A stretch of DNA of 64,000 nt from the human T2T-CHM13v2.0 reference genome, Homo sapiens. The DNA is taken from the NCBI RefSeq assembly GCF_009914755.1, contig NC_060947.1; one strand, given 5' to 3'. Numbering within the stretch: the stretch's first letter is position 1; the number at the start of each line of letters is the position of its first letter. The notes below the pieces were generated by a model. The model saw nothing but the letters and a program-made list of their open reading frames with translations, had not been told where the DNA came from and did not search any database. This document shows positions 1-17,584 of the stretch, piece by piece. The position numbers were made by a program, and so were the translations under genes.

Positions 1-729
1 CACATTTTAAATCATCTTGAAACTGCCTTTCCCAAACTTTGCATCAGTGGTTCTATTAAGCTGATGGACAGTTTCACTCCATTAGAAAATGTCAAATTTG
101 GTACACATCCAGGATCAGAGGAAGGATCACAGGAGAGCAAGAAACTGGTGACAGGACTAGTTCAGACACACTAGAGTCAGCCCACTTTCCACTGCTCACA
201 TAGAGTGACACAAGCAATGTGTTTAAATGAAAGAAGAAAAAAGTTCAGGTGCCACAAAGATAGAAAGCTGGACTCACTGCCTATCTACAGCCTCAGTTTT
301 ATAGAATCGTCAGTTGCTGTTGGCGTTTTGCACATATGAACTGGTACATAAGTGAAGAATGGATGGGTACGTGGTTGGTGCCTAAAGGTACGGTTTCAAT
401 CCCAGTTCCTCCTACACACTACCCAGAAGGTCCCAGAAAGCCCTGTTCTCCTCAGCAGGCGCTCCACAACAGCAGCTGCAGAAAGCGCAGCCATGCTAAC
501 AGAGGCGCCCCCGGAGTTTTCCCATCTTCACCCTCACCCAACACCTCTTGGGTCATTTTCTCCTGGTCTGTCTTCACAAGCCAGAAATGGTTGATACTGA
601 TTCGGTATGGGTTTGGAAGATTATAGGTTTCTGATTTAAAAGGCCTTATGTCATCAGGGTCCAACAGACTTTCTTTCTGGGGATTTCTGTGTTCTGAAGT
701 TCAGACGTCCTTTGTTCCTTCCCTTCTAG

Positions 730-1400
730 GTCAGTCACCACGAACAGGGGCACTCGGCATGCTGCCCCAGCACTGGAGAAGCAGCGCTGTGGGGGCAATC
801 TGTCACACTCTCAGAGTCTGGGACTTGACTTGCTACCAACAACTGCTGTGCAATTCTGCTGAGCAGGAATATCATGAGCTGTTCAATAATGACGGACGCA
901 TTGGTTGAGATGAAGTTTCCAGTAAGGAAGTGACAGTGCAATGTGGATATTTATGGCTGTAAAATAGGAAGAGCTTTAGTTCCCAGGCTGAACCTGCCAC
1001 TGCTGGAGCCATTTCAACAAGGCATCCTCACAACAAAGAAGAGATGTGATTTGGTACCATTTCACACCAGCAGGTGTCTGGACGAAAACATCAATGTGAA
1101 TAAGGGCCAAGTGCAGTCCTGTCTTGATTAAATTACTTAATAATATTATTAAATAATAATAGGTCTGGGCAGTATTGTTTTTAACCTGACTCATCCAGCT
1201 GTCCTTCAAATAGCTCCGTCTCCCTCTACCCAGAACTGATTTTTAAAAAGAAGTAATTTTTCTCCCTGGGCTGGGAAAACCCTAATGAACTGAAACACAC
1301 TTTTACTTTAAAATTTTTCTGTCTGGCGTTTTTGTAATCATACTATTAAATGACTCTGGAGTCATGTTAATGACAGGATTTGTTTTGTTTGGATGCAGTT
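730..1400 (+). other. CHST7: Probable non-coding (3'UTR) terminal exon of convergent neighbour gene CHST7; 3' end uncertain
   Basis: Strong acceptor TCCTTTGTTCCTTCCCTTCTAG|G at 729/730, then repeat-free AT-rich UTR-like sequence with ATTAAA at 1345-1350. Identity rests on recalled human synteny (CHST7 tail-to-tail with SLC9A7); no CDS in the window confirms it. Confidence 0.6.
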
Positions 1401-1739
1401 CAATTGCATGGTTTGGGTAAAAGCTAGCCTACATACAAAGGAATATGAAGACTGTGGAAGAAACTGTATATTGGGTTTAAGAATTTCAGCAATTATCCGG
1501 TAAAAGAAGAACTTAAGCATTAAGCTGCAATGTCAAATCCACTTGCTTCAGTCTTACTAGCTGATGTTGCCAACAGTTGGTGATGCCTTTTTCAGGGTTC
1601 TACATTCAAAGCCTGTTAAAGATGGTTACAGGCAAGGAGGAGTCACAGGCAGAGGCTAAAGTATATCTATCATCTTTTAACCCTAATGCACATTTTAGAA
1701 AGTCTCAAAAATCTGTTGCTGTGATTTTTACATCTTGTG

Positions 1740-2036
1740 TTTTTTGAGACAGAGTCTCGCTCTGTCACCCAGGCTGGAGTGCAGTGGCACGATCTTGGCT
1801 CACTGCAACAACTTCCACTTCCTGGGTTCAAGTGATTCTCCTGCCTCAGCCTCCTGAGTAGCTGCGACTACAGGTGCATGCCACCATGCCTGGCTAATTT
1901 TTGTATTTTTAGTAGAGACGGGGTTTCACCATGTTGGCCTGGCTGGTCCTGAACTCTTGACCTCAGGTGATCCACCCACCTTGGCCTTGGCCTCCCAAAA
2001 TGCTGGGATTACAGGTGTGAGCCACTGTGCCCAGCC
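1740..2036 (-). mobile_element. Alu (S-type), antisense
   Basis: Poly-T, GAGACAGAGTCTCGCTCTGTCACCCAGGCTGG, dimeric body ending GTGCCCAGCC. Confidence 0.95.
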
Positions 2037-2071
2037 CTATTTTAAAACTGAATTTCTTCAAGCATCTAAAT

Positions 2072-2302
2072 CAGAGGCTGGCAGAAACTTTTTCTGTTAA
2101 GGCCCAGATAGTAAATAGCTGTTTACTTTTTATGGGCCATATGATCTCTGTTGCAACGCCTCAGCTTTGTCATTGTAGCAGGAAAGCAGCCACAGACAGT
2201 AAGCAAATGAATGAGCCTAGTCATGCCAATAAAACTTTATTTACAAAAAAAGGCAGTGGGCTGGACTTGGTTCAGGAGCCAGCTGTAGTTTGCCAACCCC
2301 AG
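2072..2302. mobile_element. MER58A-like hAT-Charlie MITE
   Basis: Ends CAGAGGCTGGCAGAAACTTTTTCTG ... GTAGTTTGCCAACCCCAG; internal CCAATAAAACTTTATTTACAAAAA typical of MER58A. Confidence 0.8.
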
Positions 2303-2456
2303 GCCTAAAGAAAGCTGGAGAGGAATAGCTTACACCCAGAAAAGAACCTCTCAGTGAGGGAAACAGACTAAGAATAGTATCACACTACAGCCTTCTACCA
2401 ACAGATGATACTTTACTTTAAAATACAAAACAAAATTAGCTCAGCCAGTTAGTTGT

Positions 2457-2462
2457 TTTATT
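2457..2462 (-). terminator. Candidate main distal poly(A) signal of SLC9A7 (AATAAA with U/GU-rich downstream element)
   Basis: Minus strand reads AATAAAACAACTAACTGGCTGAGCTAATTTTGTTTTGTATTTT. Confidence 0.55.
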
Positions 2463-5407
2463 TTGAGTTTTGTTTTTTTAAAAAAAGAAAAGCTTTGAGA
2501 AAATGTGTTAAATATCAGTAAAGGGCAGGAACACACATGGCTAGCTTTACAATAGCAATCTAAACATACACAAAGGCAAACATTGAGTAAAATGCTAGGG
2601 AAAGACGGCACTTTGGGGGCCTACTGCAGTTTTCCTTATTGCACATAAAGGTTGTGGATAACGCCAAGTCTTTAATTTTTCACAGTTATACTTTAATGTC
2701 ATTTTATATAACGTTTATTTATATAACATACTATAATGTTAATTTTATAAAACCACCAGTTTGCTACTGTTGAATGGAAATAGAAGACAAAATTCTCCCC
2801 AATTACACTATGTAAGCTCTCTATAAAAAGTTCCCTAGAAGGTCACATCATTCCATGTTAAATTCGTCCTATTCTATTTTAAAAGTTGCTTTTCAGCTAT
2901 TAAATGAATCTTTATGGCCTTCTCATTTAACCATTTTCATGGACATAGTACAACTTTCCAAGTAAAAAGTACCAGATGTATTTTATGTGAAAAACAAAAG
3001 GACAACTTAGGAGGAGCTGGCCCTACTATGAAGTCACACTTTGAACGATCAATTTCAGTGGTAAATTCCCAATCCATAGACTTAACACCCACACAACTGA
3101 AAATCATCCCTCTGCTTCTCCAAAGCCCACAATTGGAATAATCACAACACAAGTCAGCCCCTAAATGTCCATGCAGTTAAGTCATCCAGTAACACCTGAA
3201 TTGTAGCCTTTTTTAAGTGCTTGAGACAGCAGATGTTGAGGTTTCCATGCTGTTTACAAGTCCTTTTCTATCTGAGTTCCTCCAACATATACAGGCCCAG
3301 ACAATTTTCCACTGGCCAAGAGCTGACTGTGACACTTGGTGATTCTGTTAAGCCTTTTGAAAGGTGGTCATCAGAAGGAGAAGGTGACTTCTGCTGTGTG
3401 CGCTCCTGTCTGCTTTGGACCTTTTCAAAGGGCAGCACAGCAGGCAGCCCTTCCTTCTCATCTTCTCCAAGGCTCAGGTAGCAGAAAACCGGCTGCCTGT
3501 GTGTTCCATATGGGCCACGACTATAGTATACCCTGCTTACAAAAATAAGACTAACATCAAAAACTTTGGTTTTGCTCTTTACAATTTTTGCTAGCACTGG
3601 GTGACAAGATGTGTTTAATTTTTTAAAAATGTCTATGAAAATTGACACTGGAAAAAACTGTTTATCTCTAGGTCTTGTTTTGAAAGGATTGTTGATGAGT
3701 CTACTTGCTTTTCCTAGTTAAGACACTAGCAATGGTTTCTACAGTATTTCTCTATATGTTGTTTTCAGGTTTTAGAAAGGGGGATGATCTTTTCAGGTAT
3801 CAAAGTGGTAAAAGCAGTATTCAGATGGGTTGTTTCTAAACTACAACTCTTGGCCACTAGATTCCTTTGACTTACTGTATCAGAATGTAGCAGCCGACAC
3901 TGGCAATCCAGAGTGTCAGTTAAAGAACAACAGAATAGCTCAGAACTCAATGATACCAGTCTAATGTATATGAAAGACTTGTTCCTGAACTAATTAATCT
4001 ATAGAATCAACATCAAAAGGCAGACAAGAAACTTGTCAAGTTCCCCACTTTTGAAGTGGAATAAGAAGTCATATACTTGTGAGATCAGCAGGCTGACTTT
4101 CTAGCAGCCCTCATTGCAGATAATCTTTCACAACAGATGGTAAAATCAGCTTTCTGATACACTCTTAGAACTCACAACGGGTGCACAGTAGGTTTCCAAG
4201 TGGGTGATTTTCACCTCTGATGAGATGCTCTAACACCCTGCCACTGTTTTTCCCCCTAAGTGCATCAGTGGTGTTTCTACATTTGGAAATTACTTGTTCA
4301 CATTAAACATCTGGTATGATTACATTAACTTCTACTGCAGACAAGGACAGGGAGAGATAGGATGATGGGATGACGTCAAACAGACCAACAGACCTCTATT
4401 TTGGAAGGAACTGTTAGTTCTTTGTCCTAGACCGAATCGTTCATGGATAGCTGAGATACCCTTTTGCATGTTTTCTAAAGAGATTCCATTTGTCAGCCAA
4501 ACCACAGAGGACATTTTCGGGTCTAGAGAACACAGCCTGAAGAGATCCTTGCTGTTTGCTTGATGAAACATTTGATGTCGCAGTGTGATTTCTGCCTTCC
4601 AGGCATCAATGCTTATTTGTCTGATCACCCCAGTAACCACCCTGGATGCTCGGATCCATATGCCCTTCCTGTGATTGTGTCCTAGGAAGAAATGTGGCCT
4701 TATTTAAATTCCAAATTTTCTTCCCTAGGAGAGAAAGTTCAGGTTTCTGGTAGTTCTCAAAAAGTGTACTAAAAGGAATAGCAGCTTTCATCTTCTCTCT
4801 GTCAGGGCTATACAAAAGTGTGCATCTCCTTAATTACCTGCTACGGAAACCACCACCATCACCATGTGATAGCAAAGGACCACAACCTTCTACTTTGCTC
4901 CAGCAGTAAATGGGCCCACCCTTATTCTGAGGAATCCAGTGTGGACTCAGGCATGAGGATAGGTGAAGGAAAAGAAAATCTGACTCCAGAGGGGACTATT
5001 AATTTAATTCCAGGTGAAATTAAAAAAAAAAAACAAAACAGCTTCCCAGAAACCTTCATGCTTGATTAGTTAGCAGCTCAGTTAAGACAATACCTTCCCT
5101 TTATTCCCCACAAGTGGGAACCAAGATGACAGGTTTTTAGTTCTCCCCATACATACCCCAAGTCACCCTTCTCTTTCCTCGAAGGCTCCAAGGTTTTCGT
5201 GATCTTTTCAGCTGTACTTTATGGAGTATGTTCTTGAGTTCTGCAAAGATTAGCATCAAACTCTCTCACAGCTGCCCTGTCTGTATTACTGATCAATACT
5301 CAGTTCGTTTCACATGACTAACAATTTAAAAAAACACCTTCATCTGCTGGGCCATTCTTTAAAATCAGATTCCAAATAGTCTAGAGGTCTGCTGCGAGCT
5401 CTAGACT

Positions 5408-5590
5408 AAAGGCTCTTGTCAATCCTGGCTGCACATCAAGAACACTCCTGAGGTTCCAAACAAAGCATGGATTCCAGGTCCCACCTGAAGCTACTGAATC
5501 TGAATCTCTGAGGGGAGGGCCCTTGCACTGATTTAAAAACAAAAACTGGCCAGATGATCCTAATTCACAGCCAGGGTTGAGAACCTCTGC
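5408..5590. mobile_element. MER5-like hAT MITE
   Basis: CAATCCTGGCTGCACATCAAGAA ... ACTGAATCTGAATCTCTG ... CAGCCAGGGTTGAGAACCTCTG. Confidence 0.65.
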
Positions 5591-5957
5591 TCTAGAACAT
5601 CGGACTCGGCTGAACTGTCGTCCCCACCAACCCAGAACAAATACGTGTATAAGATGGACTTGGGTTTACTCTCTTGGAAGAACTTTGTTTATTTGGATGT
5701 ACCATTACTTAGCAGTTTCAATCTGATCTTATGCCAGACTGGCAGCAGATAGTTGGCCTTGTGTTGAATGATGCCTGACACGGCATAGGCAAAATTCTTC
5801 TAGATGTGGAACCACTTGACGAATGGATTCACATTCCCAGGACCCCTGGTAAGGTCAGGGTTATTCTCCACATCTTACAAACAAAAATTAGGACCAAAGG
5901 TCAAAAATTAGGACCAAAGTGCCTTACTTTGATTCACCAAATATTTGTAATCAAATA

Positions 5958-6311
5958 AGGACTTAGAACACTGGAAAGCAGTTCTGATTCCAAATGGCTG
6001 ACAGCTCGGGGTTAGTGACAAAGGCAAGAAAGGGAGACCAGCCTGCATTTCCAGCTTCCTAACACACAAAGAAAGGCCGGGGTAGGGTTACTGGGCAAAT
6101 GCTGCAACTAGATTCTGGGCCCTCTCTTCCCTGGGTAGGACTTCTGGGTGGGCCTCCTGCCCTATACAAACCATCCCCAACCCACCTTGTTTACATTGGA
6201 ACTACACTGTCGTAGACAGCAATTCAGGGAAGAGGACAAGCCATAATTAGGATTTCCTCCCTGTTTCCCCTGTCATCTCCACACAGGAAAACCCTGATGG
6301 GAAGCCCACCC
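5958..6311 (+). repeat. Local direct duplication, copy 1 (in 3'UTR)
   Basis: Aligns end to end with 10359-10718. Confidence 0.9.
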
Positions 6312-6526
6312 CTCTAGTTTTGGTCTTGGCAATCTACATTTCCTTGTATGTGAGTAGATCAGAATCAAATGTTTGCAGTGAAGACTACAAGACCCTTTGG
6401 GGATAAACACAACACTCTATGAATTGAACTAAGACTAGGAAGGGAAACTGGGTGGTTATTTTTCTTCCCTAAGAGAGTCATTTCTTGTAATCTTGTAAAA
6501 GCTTTCTAAAAAAAACTCAAAATAAT

Positions 6527-6882
<356 letters not shown>

Positions 6883-7369
6883 TCACCAGGGTGTGTCTGT
6901 TAGTTTTTTCCCTCCAAAATTAAGTAAGCAATATAAGATAAGCAAAGCTTTATAAAGACCCAACCAAAGACCCAAGCAGCCTATCTCTCCATCTCTGCAA
7001 AACAAAAACAAAAATGAAAACAAAACAAGTCTTGCCTTTTAGATTTATATGGCATGACTGGTCATTACTAAGATAACTCTGCTAAATAAAAAATCCTGTG
7101 CTGGTTCTGGACTCCAGCACACATATAATACAGGCCTCTGCCAGGCCTGGTAGCTGCTGTCTGCAACCTCACCCCAGGATATAAGAACTTCCCTTCCAGG
7201 GGCTATGAAAGCTCTTTCTCTGGCTGTGGGGTGTAGGTCTTATTCTTAAGTCCTTCACTAGCCTAGTTGACCCTGAGGGCTCATGGGTTTGGATAGGTTG
7301 TTTAGCATTTTTCAAACTTCCAAAGCCCATGGATGACCATAAAATCAAAATGGACTTTATTGTAGATAA

Positions 7370-7807
<438 letters not shown>

Positions 7808-7956
7808 TGATTTGCACAAATTATCAATTCAAACACAAAGTTGTGAAGCAATGTCTTATTTAAAAATTAAGCATTAAACATGCGAATTGAGAAGATTAAA
7901 TGACTGATTTCACTACGGGTGGACTAGACTGGGACACAATATTTTGTCTTCCATCA

Positions 7957-8379
<423 letters not shown>

Positions 8380-8843
8380 TCAAATCACACCCACATGTTA
8401 AGCTGGTGCAGCAGCCTCCCCAGATACAAGGAAAATGACCCTTCTCTGCATGGCACTCAGTGGTGTAAAGACACTCGGACTCTTAAGCTTATAGAAGACA
8501 GAGCTTTCTAGTGGGCTGAAAATACTTAATGTTCCATTGTTTGCCCTCTGATTCCTCAGGTGGCCACTGAAATCTCATGCATTCGTCGGCTCAAAGTTTG
8601 GAATTCTACCTAGTCTTGAGACTACTATCTTGTATTTCTTTGCAGTAATTTTTTTGCATTGAGATTTCTTTCCCTCTGAATTCTAGCCTGGTGCCTTGTA
8701 GGTTTCTTGCTGCCTTCCCTTTCCCAGATAATAGCATCCTACAAAATTTGGTGTTATTTCTAAACCCAGAGTAGATACTTCAGTCCTAGTGATTATTTCC
8801 CTAGGCTGTCAGCTCATATGGTAGCCCTCAAAAGTTGAATGCT

Positions 8844-9174
<331 letters not shown>

Positions 9175-9921
9175 CTAAATACCTCCTTTCCTCAGATTAA
9201 TCAAAAAATAAGAGTATAACACTATTTGCCTTTGGTTTTAAACATTTCATAACTACTTCTTTATGGATATAGCCAGAGAAGGAACTATAATTCTTCGTTC
9301 CATGTTGAAATGTTCGTGGATGTATTTTCAAATCTTCAGTCTAGAAAAAACACAGGCAGCATAAAGTCAGGAATCCTGATATGAGGTTGCAGTCAAGCAG
9401 ACTTCGTTGCCAGAGCCTCCAAATTGCTTTTTCATGTTTTCTGTCCCATTTAACACCAAGTTTCCCATAATCCTTGGAGTTCCGATCTCAATTGCCTTCC
9501 TTCTCTTTAACTTGATAATTCTATGGTCAGCTTGACTTGCACTGCTGTGTACTGAGATGCAGCCTCTCATGGGAGGAATCCCCCCACCCAGCACCTGCCT
9601 CGCCTTGTTCAGATACTGCAGGTGAATGAATTAGGAGACCATTAAAGCATGCTATTTTTTTTTGTTTGTTTAACTCTGAAACAGCGCACTACTATGTGAA
9701 AAAAGTGGGAATAGGTCTACGTTTGTCTGAATTTAGAGACACTTTTGCCTCACCATCTGCATTGTGAGTTAAATTTTAAGTGTTACAATAGCTTCAGACC
9801 CCAATAAAATAGAAGAGTTAGTTCAATCTAGTCACTGCCCCACCTCCAACAACACTAGGGCTTGCAGCTGTCCTCACCCCATCGGGAGCCTACCCCATCG
9901 CGCCAGGGCTTGGGGGGAAAG

Positions 9922-10260
<339 letters not shown>

Positions 10261-10358
10261 TCATCTGAAAACTGGGGACTATGAAACTTGCCTGCCTTGA
10301 GCCTCTAGCGTGGTAACTGGATGTAAACTGTAGAGGGCCGGGCACGGTTGCCAGGACT

Positions 10359-10718
10359 AGGACTTAGAATACTAGAAAACAGTTTCTAATTTCAATGTCT
10401 GACAGCTTGGGGTTAGTGAAAAAGGGAAGAAAGGGAGACCAGCCTGGATTTCCAGCTTCCCAATCAACACACAAAGCAAGGCCAGAGTAGGGTAATTGGG
10501 CAAACGTTGCAAATAGGTTTCAGGTACTGTCTTCTCTGGGTAGGCATTCCGGGTGGGTCTCCTGCCCTATACAAACCGTCTCCAACCCGTCTTGTTTACA
10601 TTGGAACTACTCTTTGTCATAGACAGCAATTCAGGGAAGAGGACAAGCCATAATCAGGATTTCCTCCCTGTTTCCCCTGTCATCTCCCCACAGGAAAACC
10701 CTGATAGGAAGCCCACCC
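10359..10718 (+). repeat. Local direct duplication, copy 2 (in last intron)
   Basis: Aligns end to end with 5958-6311. Confidence 0.9.
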
Positions 10719-11608
10719 GCCACATCCTCAGGTGGATGAATCAAATGATCGAGGGAGAGCAAAGTTGCAACCACTTGAACTATCAGATGGTAGCGAGAGT
10801 GTCGGAGACGGCACGAGGTCAGACAGGACCTTCTTCCTCCAATAGATTTAACCAACAAAACAAGGGGAGGGCCACAACCCAGCTCCCGCGCTGCACTGAG
10901 GCCTATTGAGTACTGTGCACTGCCTTCTAGAAGGGCAAACACAGTGTCAAATACGCTGGGTAAACTGATTTTTTCTCTCCTGTTTCCCACCGACCCTTCA
11001 AAGCTCATCTGAAGTCCTGCATCCTCTTATGAGACAGAGCCTCCAGGGCGCCGAACTGGCCTCTCTGACCCCCTCAGGGCCCCCGCGCAGTCACACTGCC
11101 CAAGGCCATGGGCAGATTCCCCGAGATCAGCCCCATCTAGATGACAAACGCCAAAGGGCAGTGACCTCCTTCTCCACACCTTGGCACCTTCCTCAATGGT
11201 GCTTACCTCACAGTAGGTGCTAAGTGAATGCCAGGTAAATGCACCAGCTAGGGAAGACTCATGGGTTGCGTTTCCTCTCCCAGACTTATTTCTGTGCACT
11301 CACTGGCAACAATCACATACTTGTTTTCTGCATTCTCAGTGTTGTCAACTTCCCTACACACAGTCTACACTGTGACTCCACTTAACTAATGCTTCAGCAT
11401 TTTTGACAGGCAAGCACGCAACTCCTCTCACTTGCTGCTTCAAATCCTCACTGGAATGAAGCAGGGTGCAAATGCCCAATGAGATAAAAGTCCTATATTC
11501 AGGCAGATGCTCAGAGCACAGTTCTAAAACTTGATTTAAACTCCCAAATTTCCTCCTCTTTACCAGTGTTTAGAAAGTCCCGAAACTCAATCTGCTTTAC
11601 AGTAGCCT

Positions 11609-11914
<306 letters not shown>

Positions 11915-12388
11915 CGGTAGCTTATGTCTCCCATCCGAATTTCCAACTCCTGGGGAGTTCACCTTCCCTGTCTCGGCACATCCCAATTCTCCCATTCATA
12001 CACGTGCTACATAATGATTTTGTTCATCTCTGTCAAAATCTCTCTGCCAGGGCTCTTGGCTCCCAGTTTTCAGGGAAATGGTCCTGGCACATATTTTACT
12101 GCTTCAAGGTTTGGAGCCATGGAAGGACAGAGGCAAACACAGGATAACTGCAGGTGAGGGTAATTCCGCAAATGAAGGAAAGCCCACCACAGCACCACAG
12201 AGGAAACCCTGGGCATGAACTGTGATGTGGTCCGCTTTCACTCTTTGCAGAGGGAAGCAGGGCCTAAATTCACTGACAGGAGAAAACAAGACTGGATGTC
12301 AACCCATTGCATTTCTGAAACTCCCAAGCCCAGACATAGTACTCAAGGAAAGGTCATTCAGAAACAAGGCCATAGTAAAACCCACGGA

Positions 12389-13008
<620 letters not shown>

Positions 13009-15615
13009 CCCATGGAGAGTGATTCTGACATCAAAGTCTAATAATGTTACATGCAGATGATAAAACTAACCTGCTCCCTTGAATTCTAGATGATAGGATC
13101 AACACAAGTTTGTTTTGTTACGCTGAAGGTCTATATAATCATGTAACTAGCTGTGCAATTAAGTCTGCTATGAAAATGCAGTGAAAACACCTGCAAACAA
13201 CAGTGTGTGGGGATGTGTGCATTTTAAATAACCAGAAGTCATTTTCAAAAGTGAAAGAACATTGTTAGGAAGCTGGATACCACACCTAAGTGGTTTAACG
13301 TTAGTGGAAATAATGACTGATGAACATCTTAGAAATCTCCAAATAAACTTGGCAAAGTAGAAAACACCTTTTAGATGGTGGGTAAGAACCATGCAACAGG
13401 TGTCAAAATCTACGAGAACTGCCCAGTCTGAGACCCTCACCAGGCACTAAACTTTGCAGTGAGCCCCTTCACCTCTGTCAGTTTTGGGTTCCTCCACTGA
13501 TAATTTTGAAGAGACCCTTTGCTCCCACTGTCTCAGCAGCAGGCCCCACCATGTCTGGAGCTGGCTGAGACCCTAGGCAGGACCCCGGCTCAAAGCAGCA
13601 GCAGCAGCAGGACCGAGGGTGATTCTCACTAGAAGCCCAAGTCACTCAGTCTTAGGTTGGCTGTGGGGAGTCACAGCTGAAACATGACCCCCAGAAGCAA
13701 ACTTGGAGTGGTCCCTTGAACTGCTGGGAGAAGCACTTGAAATTGATGCAATTGTAAGCTTACTGAGTTTATGCTGAGTTCAAACTAGTCCAGATATTCC
13801 TAATCTATGAGCAAGGGACTGGTTAGTAAGCTTCAGATTAGATAAGGTTTTTATAAAGTTTTAATAGTGGATTTGTTGTTTTACTATTACATAGACATGA
13901 AAAGTGATCCTTATTAAAACCCAATTAAGATGGAAAGTTTTACAAAGTGTTTAGAAGAGACTAGAGTTAGAAGACAAATTTATATATATAAACCCAGTGA
14001 AACTTAAGATCAGAAAGTGTAATCACAGTTGGGGCTTCATTAGTGGGAGAAGTGGAAATGCCGTCAGCACCCTTTGTCTCCGATGATGTATGTAAAGGGC
14101 CCCTACTACCACTTTAGACAGCGGGCCAAACTGAGCAAACCATTCAGCATTCAGCACAAGACAGCTTTTCTTAAGTAAGCTAGTAGCAGGATGAGAAATT
14201 ACAAAACTAAGTTTTTAATCTATTGGTTTGTGTCCTTCTAACCTAACAGGTAACTAGCATTATTATTTAGGCTGATAGATATTACATTTAAAACTTACCG
14301 CAAGCATTAGACATCACTTTACAAACTGGGAGCAGTTCTACAGAAATGGTGTTCTCACCATCCTACATATTTTTTTGTCATTTAAAACCAGTTTATCACA
14401 GGTGGCACAGGAATTTCATTTTTATATGGGGAGGAGCCGTGGGTGTTGGAAGTTCAACTATCTTTAAGAGAAAGACACATGAACGCTACTGCCACATTTG
14501 GTGAAATTTCCAAGCAACGGCTGTGGCAGAACTACATTTTTACCAGGCAGAACCTGCTGTGAAGGGGGTGAAACCCAGTAGCCCAGCTGAGTTTCCCAGT
14601 GTAAAGTTCTGTCGCTGCCTACCAGGACTTTTCAATGGTCACCTTCCTCTGAGGGGGCCAAGGAGAGGTCCGAGGGCCTAGGGATGACAGACACACAGAG
14701 CTCTCTGCAGCAGCGGGTTTAGGACACATGGTGACTTGGCAGTTGTCATCCCTGTTCTTGAAGGAAGAGCGTGCCATTTAAGGAGCTGCATCCTCCAATC
14801 TCGGCTGCTCTGATGTGGCTGCCCTTCTCTTCCGCCCCAGCGCCCCCACCTAGCTATGGTGTCCACATCCCTTTCCCCTCTATACCACATGAATGTGCAC
14901 TGCCTTTCCTAACCCTGCTACCCCTCGTTAGAACTTACCTGTTTAGGGCCGTTCTCTTTCAGATCTAGGCTTTGTGTTCTGCCTTCTCATCACCAATCAA
15001 GTAAACTGCAGGTTATTTGCTAAGAATGTGAAGACCTGCATGAGGGTCCCAGCTAATTACTAACTGTGGGCCCGGGGCCAACTCACATCCTCTCTGAGAT
15101 GCACTTTCCTTCTCTGTAATGCTGCAGTACTCACTGATTCATGGTATGACCCAACGAATGAACTTAGCCTTTGTGAACTCTAGAGCTGTACGCAAATTTT
15201 AGAAATTCTTTTCTTCTAGGGCATAATGACTGTGTTAGTGACAAGATGATTAGGATGGCCGAAGAGGGATGAAGGAAGGCCTCTGACCTCTCCTCTACTC
15301 CTTCCACGTGGGTAGCTACCTTGCTCTCTCTACCTCTCTGCCCTGTACCCTGCAACCCACACCAGGAGTGCAGGAGTCAGCCCTAAATCTAAGACGTCCA
15401 CCAGTGTACATGTTCTTTTCATACTGTGCTGAGTCTATTTCTATAATCTGAAAATGGAAAGAAAGGACCTAACCATATCAACATAAATAAACTATTTAGA
15501 AAAGGAATCCTTGCATGCTTTGTGGTTCAGTGTATCTTCATGTATTTCATCATTTAATGCTCCCAGCCAGCCTGTACTACTAGGCCCATTTTATAGATTA
15601 GAAAACTGAGATGCA

Positions 15616-16367
<752 letters not shown>

Positions 16368-17003
16368 TTAAAATGTGAATTAAGGAAAAATGGCTGCAAA
16401 GAAAACATATACACAACAAAATGTGCTTAAAAAATTGCCCGACATTCCACCCACAAAAACCTTCTTTTCCCCATTTTACTCGTACAACACACGAAATACT
16501 TGTAACATGCAACAGTTTGAATCAAAGAGTAAGATACGCCCTATCAGCCTTAAATAGTAACTGTTAACTCTCAGGTTGGTAATTCCCAATTTTCAGTTCA
16601 AACGTGTATTTGATTAATTAGAAATTAGATCCCCCTTCTCCCTTTGTCATGTTGAATGGAAGTTTTGGTTTCAATCAGCATTTCAGCCTCTGACACACAA
16701 CTGGCTCCAGGCCTTGGAAACAGGAGATAGTGTCCCTGGAGTGGGGAGTTGCAGCCCCTGTGTCCCCTCTGCTCTTGTTCTCTGCATGGATTCCTGTTAA
16801 ACCACTCTACCCAGAGGGCAGGTGGTGGAAATGCTGAAGTTGGACAGGACCTTAGAGGTAGCCTGGGGCTACTATAAAGGCAGAAATTGAGACTTGGCAA
16901 CATGAAATGATTTCAGTAAGGTTACTCGGACTGTAAGTCTCTCAACTTCCCATACAGGACCATTCTTCACTCTACCCACAGCTTCTCTCCTAGACGCTAA
17001 CAC

Positions 17004-17584
17004 AAGGCTTTTCAACCTCAACACTATTGACATTTAGGGCCAGATCATTCTTTGTTATGGGGGGCTATTCTGTGTATGGTAGGATATTGAGCAGCATCCC
17101 TGATCTCTACACACTGCAGATGCCCCTCGACTTATGATGCAGTTACATCCCAATAAGCCCATTAGGTTGAAAATATCATAAGCCAAAAATGCATTTAACA
17201 CACCTAACCTACCAAACATCACAGCTTAGCCCAGGTTACATCAAATGTGCTCAGAACACTAACATTAGCCTACAGTTGGGCAACATCATCTAACACAAAG
17301 CCTGTTTTATAATAAAGTATTGAATATCTCATGTAATTTATTACATACTGTACTGAAAATGAAAAACAGGATGGTTGTATGGGTACTCAAAGTATGGTTT
17401 CTACTGAATGCAGATCAATTTCACACTATATCGTAAAGTTGAAAGATCCTAAGTTGAAGCATCTTAAGTTGGGGACTGTCTGTAGATGCCAGTAGCACCG
17501 TTACTCCCCTCTCCAAGTTGTGACAATAAAAAATGTCTTCAAAAAATTGCCAAATGTCCCCTGGGAAGCAAACTTGTCCACTGC
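17004..17584. mobile_element. MER20 split by a nested Tigger4-like element
   Basis: CTCAACACTATTGACATTTAGGGCCAGATCATTCTTTGTT ... resumes at TAGATGCCAGTAGCACC ... GCCAAATGTCCCCTGGG. Confidence 0.75.
17117..17482. mobile_element. Tigger4b-like (TcMar-Tigger) MITE
   Basis: Terminal inverted repeats CAGATGCCCCTCGACTTATGATG / CATCTTAAGTTGGGGACTGTCTG, followed by TA. Confidence 0.8.

Noticed and set aside
490-520. CTCF-like motif near CAGAGGCGCCCCC
   Set aside because: Does not fit the core consensus spacing well enough to call by eye.
5882-5919. 18-bp direct repeat CAAAAATTAGGACCAAAG x2
   Set aside because: Simple slippage duplication with two copies and no spacers; not CRISPR-like.
11298-11353. 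Possible exon with GTATGT/GTGAGT donors in the last intron
   Set aside because: No pyrimidine tract at the candidate acceptor and an immediate stop; insufficient support.
13594-13610. Short (CAG)n run
   Set aside because: About five units, intronic, too short to be notable.
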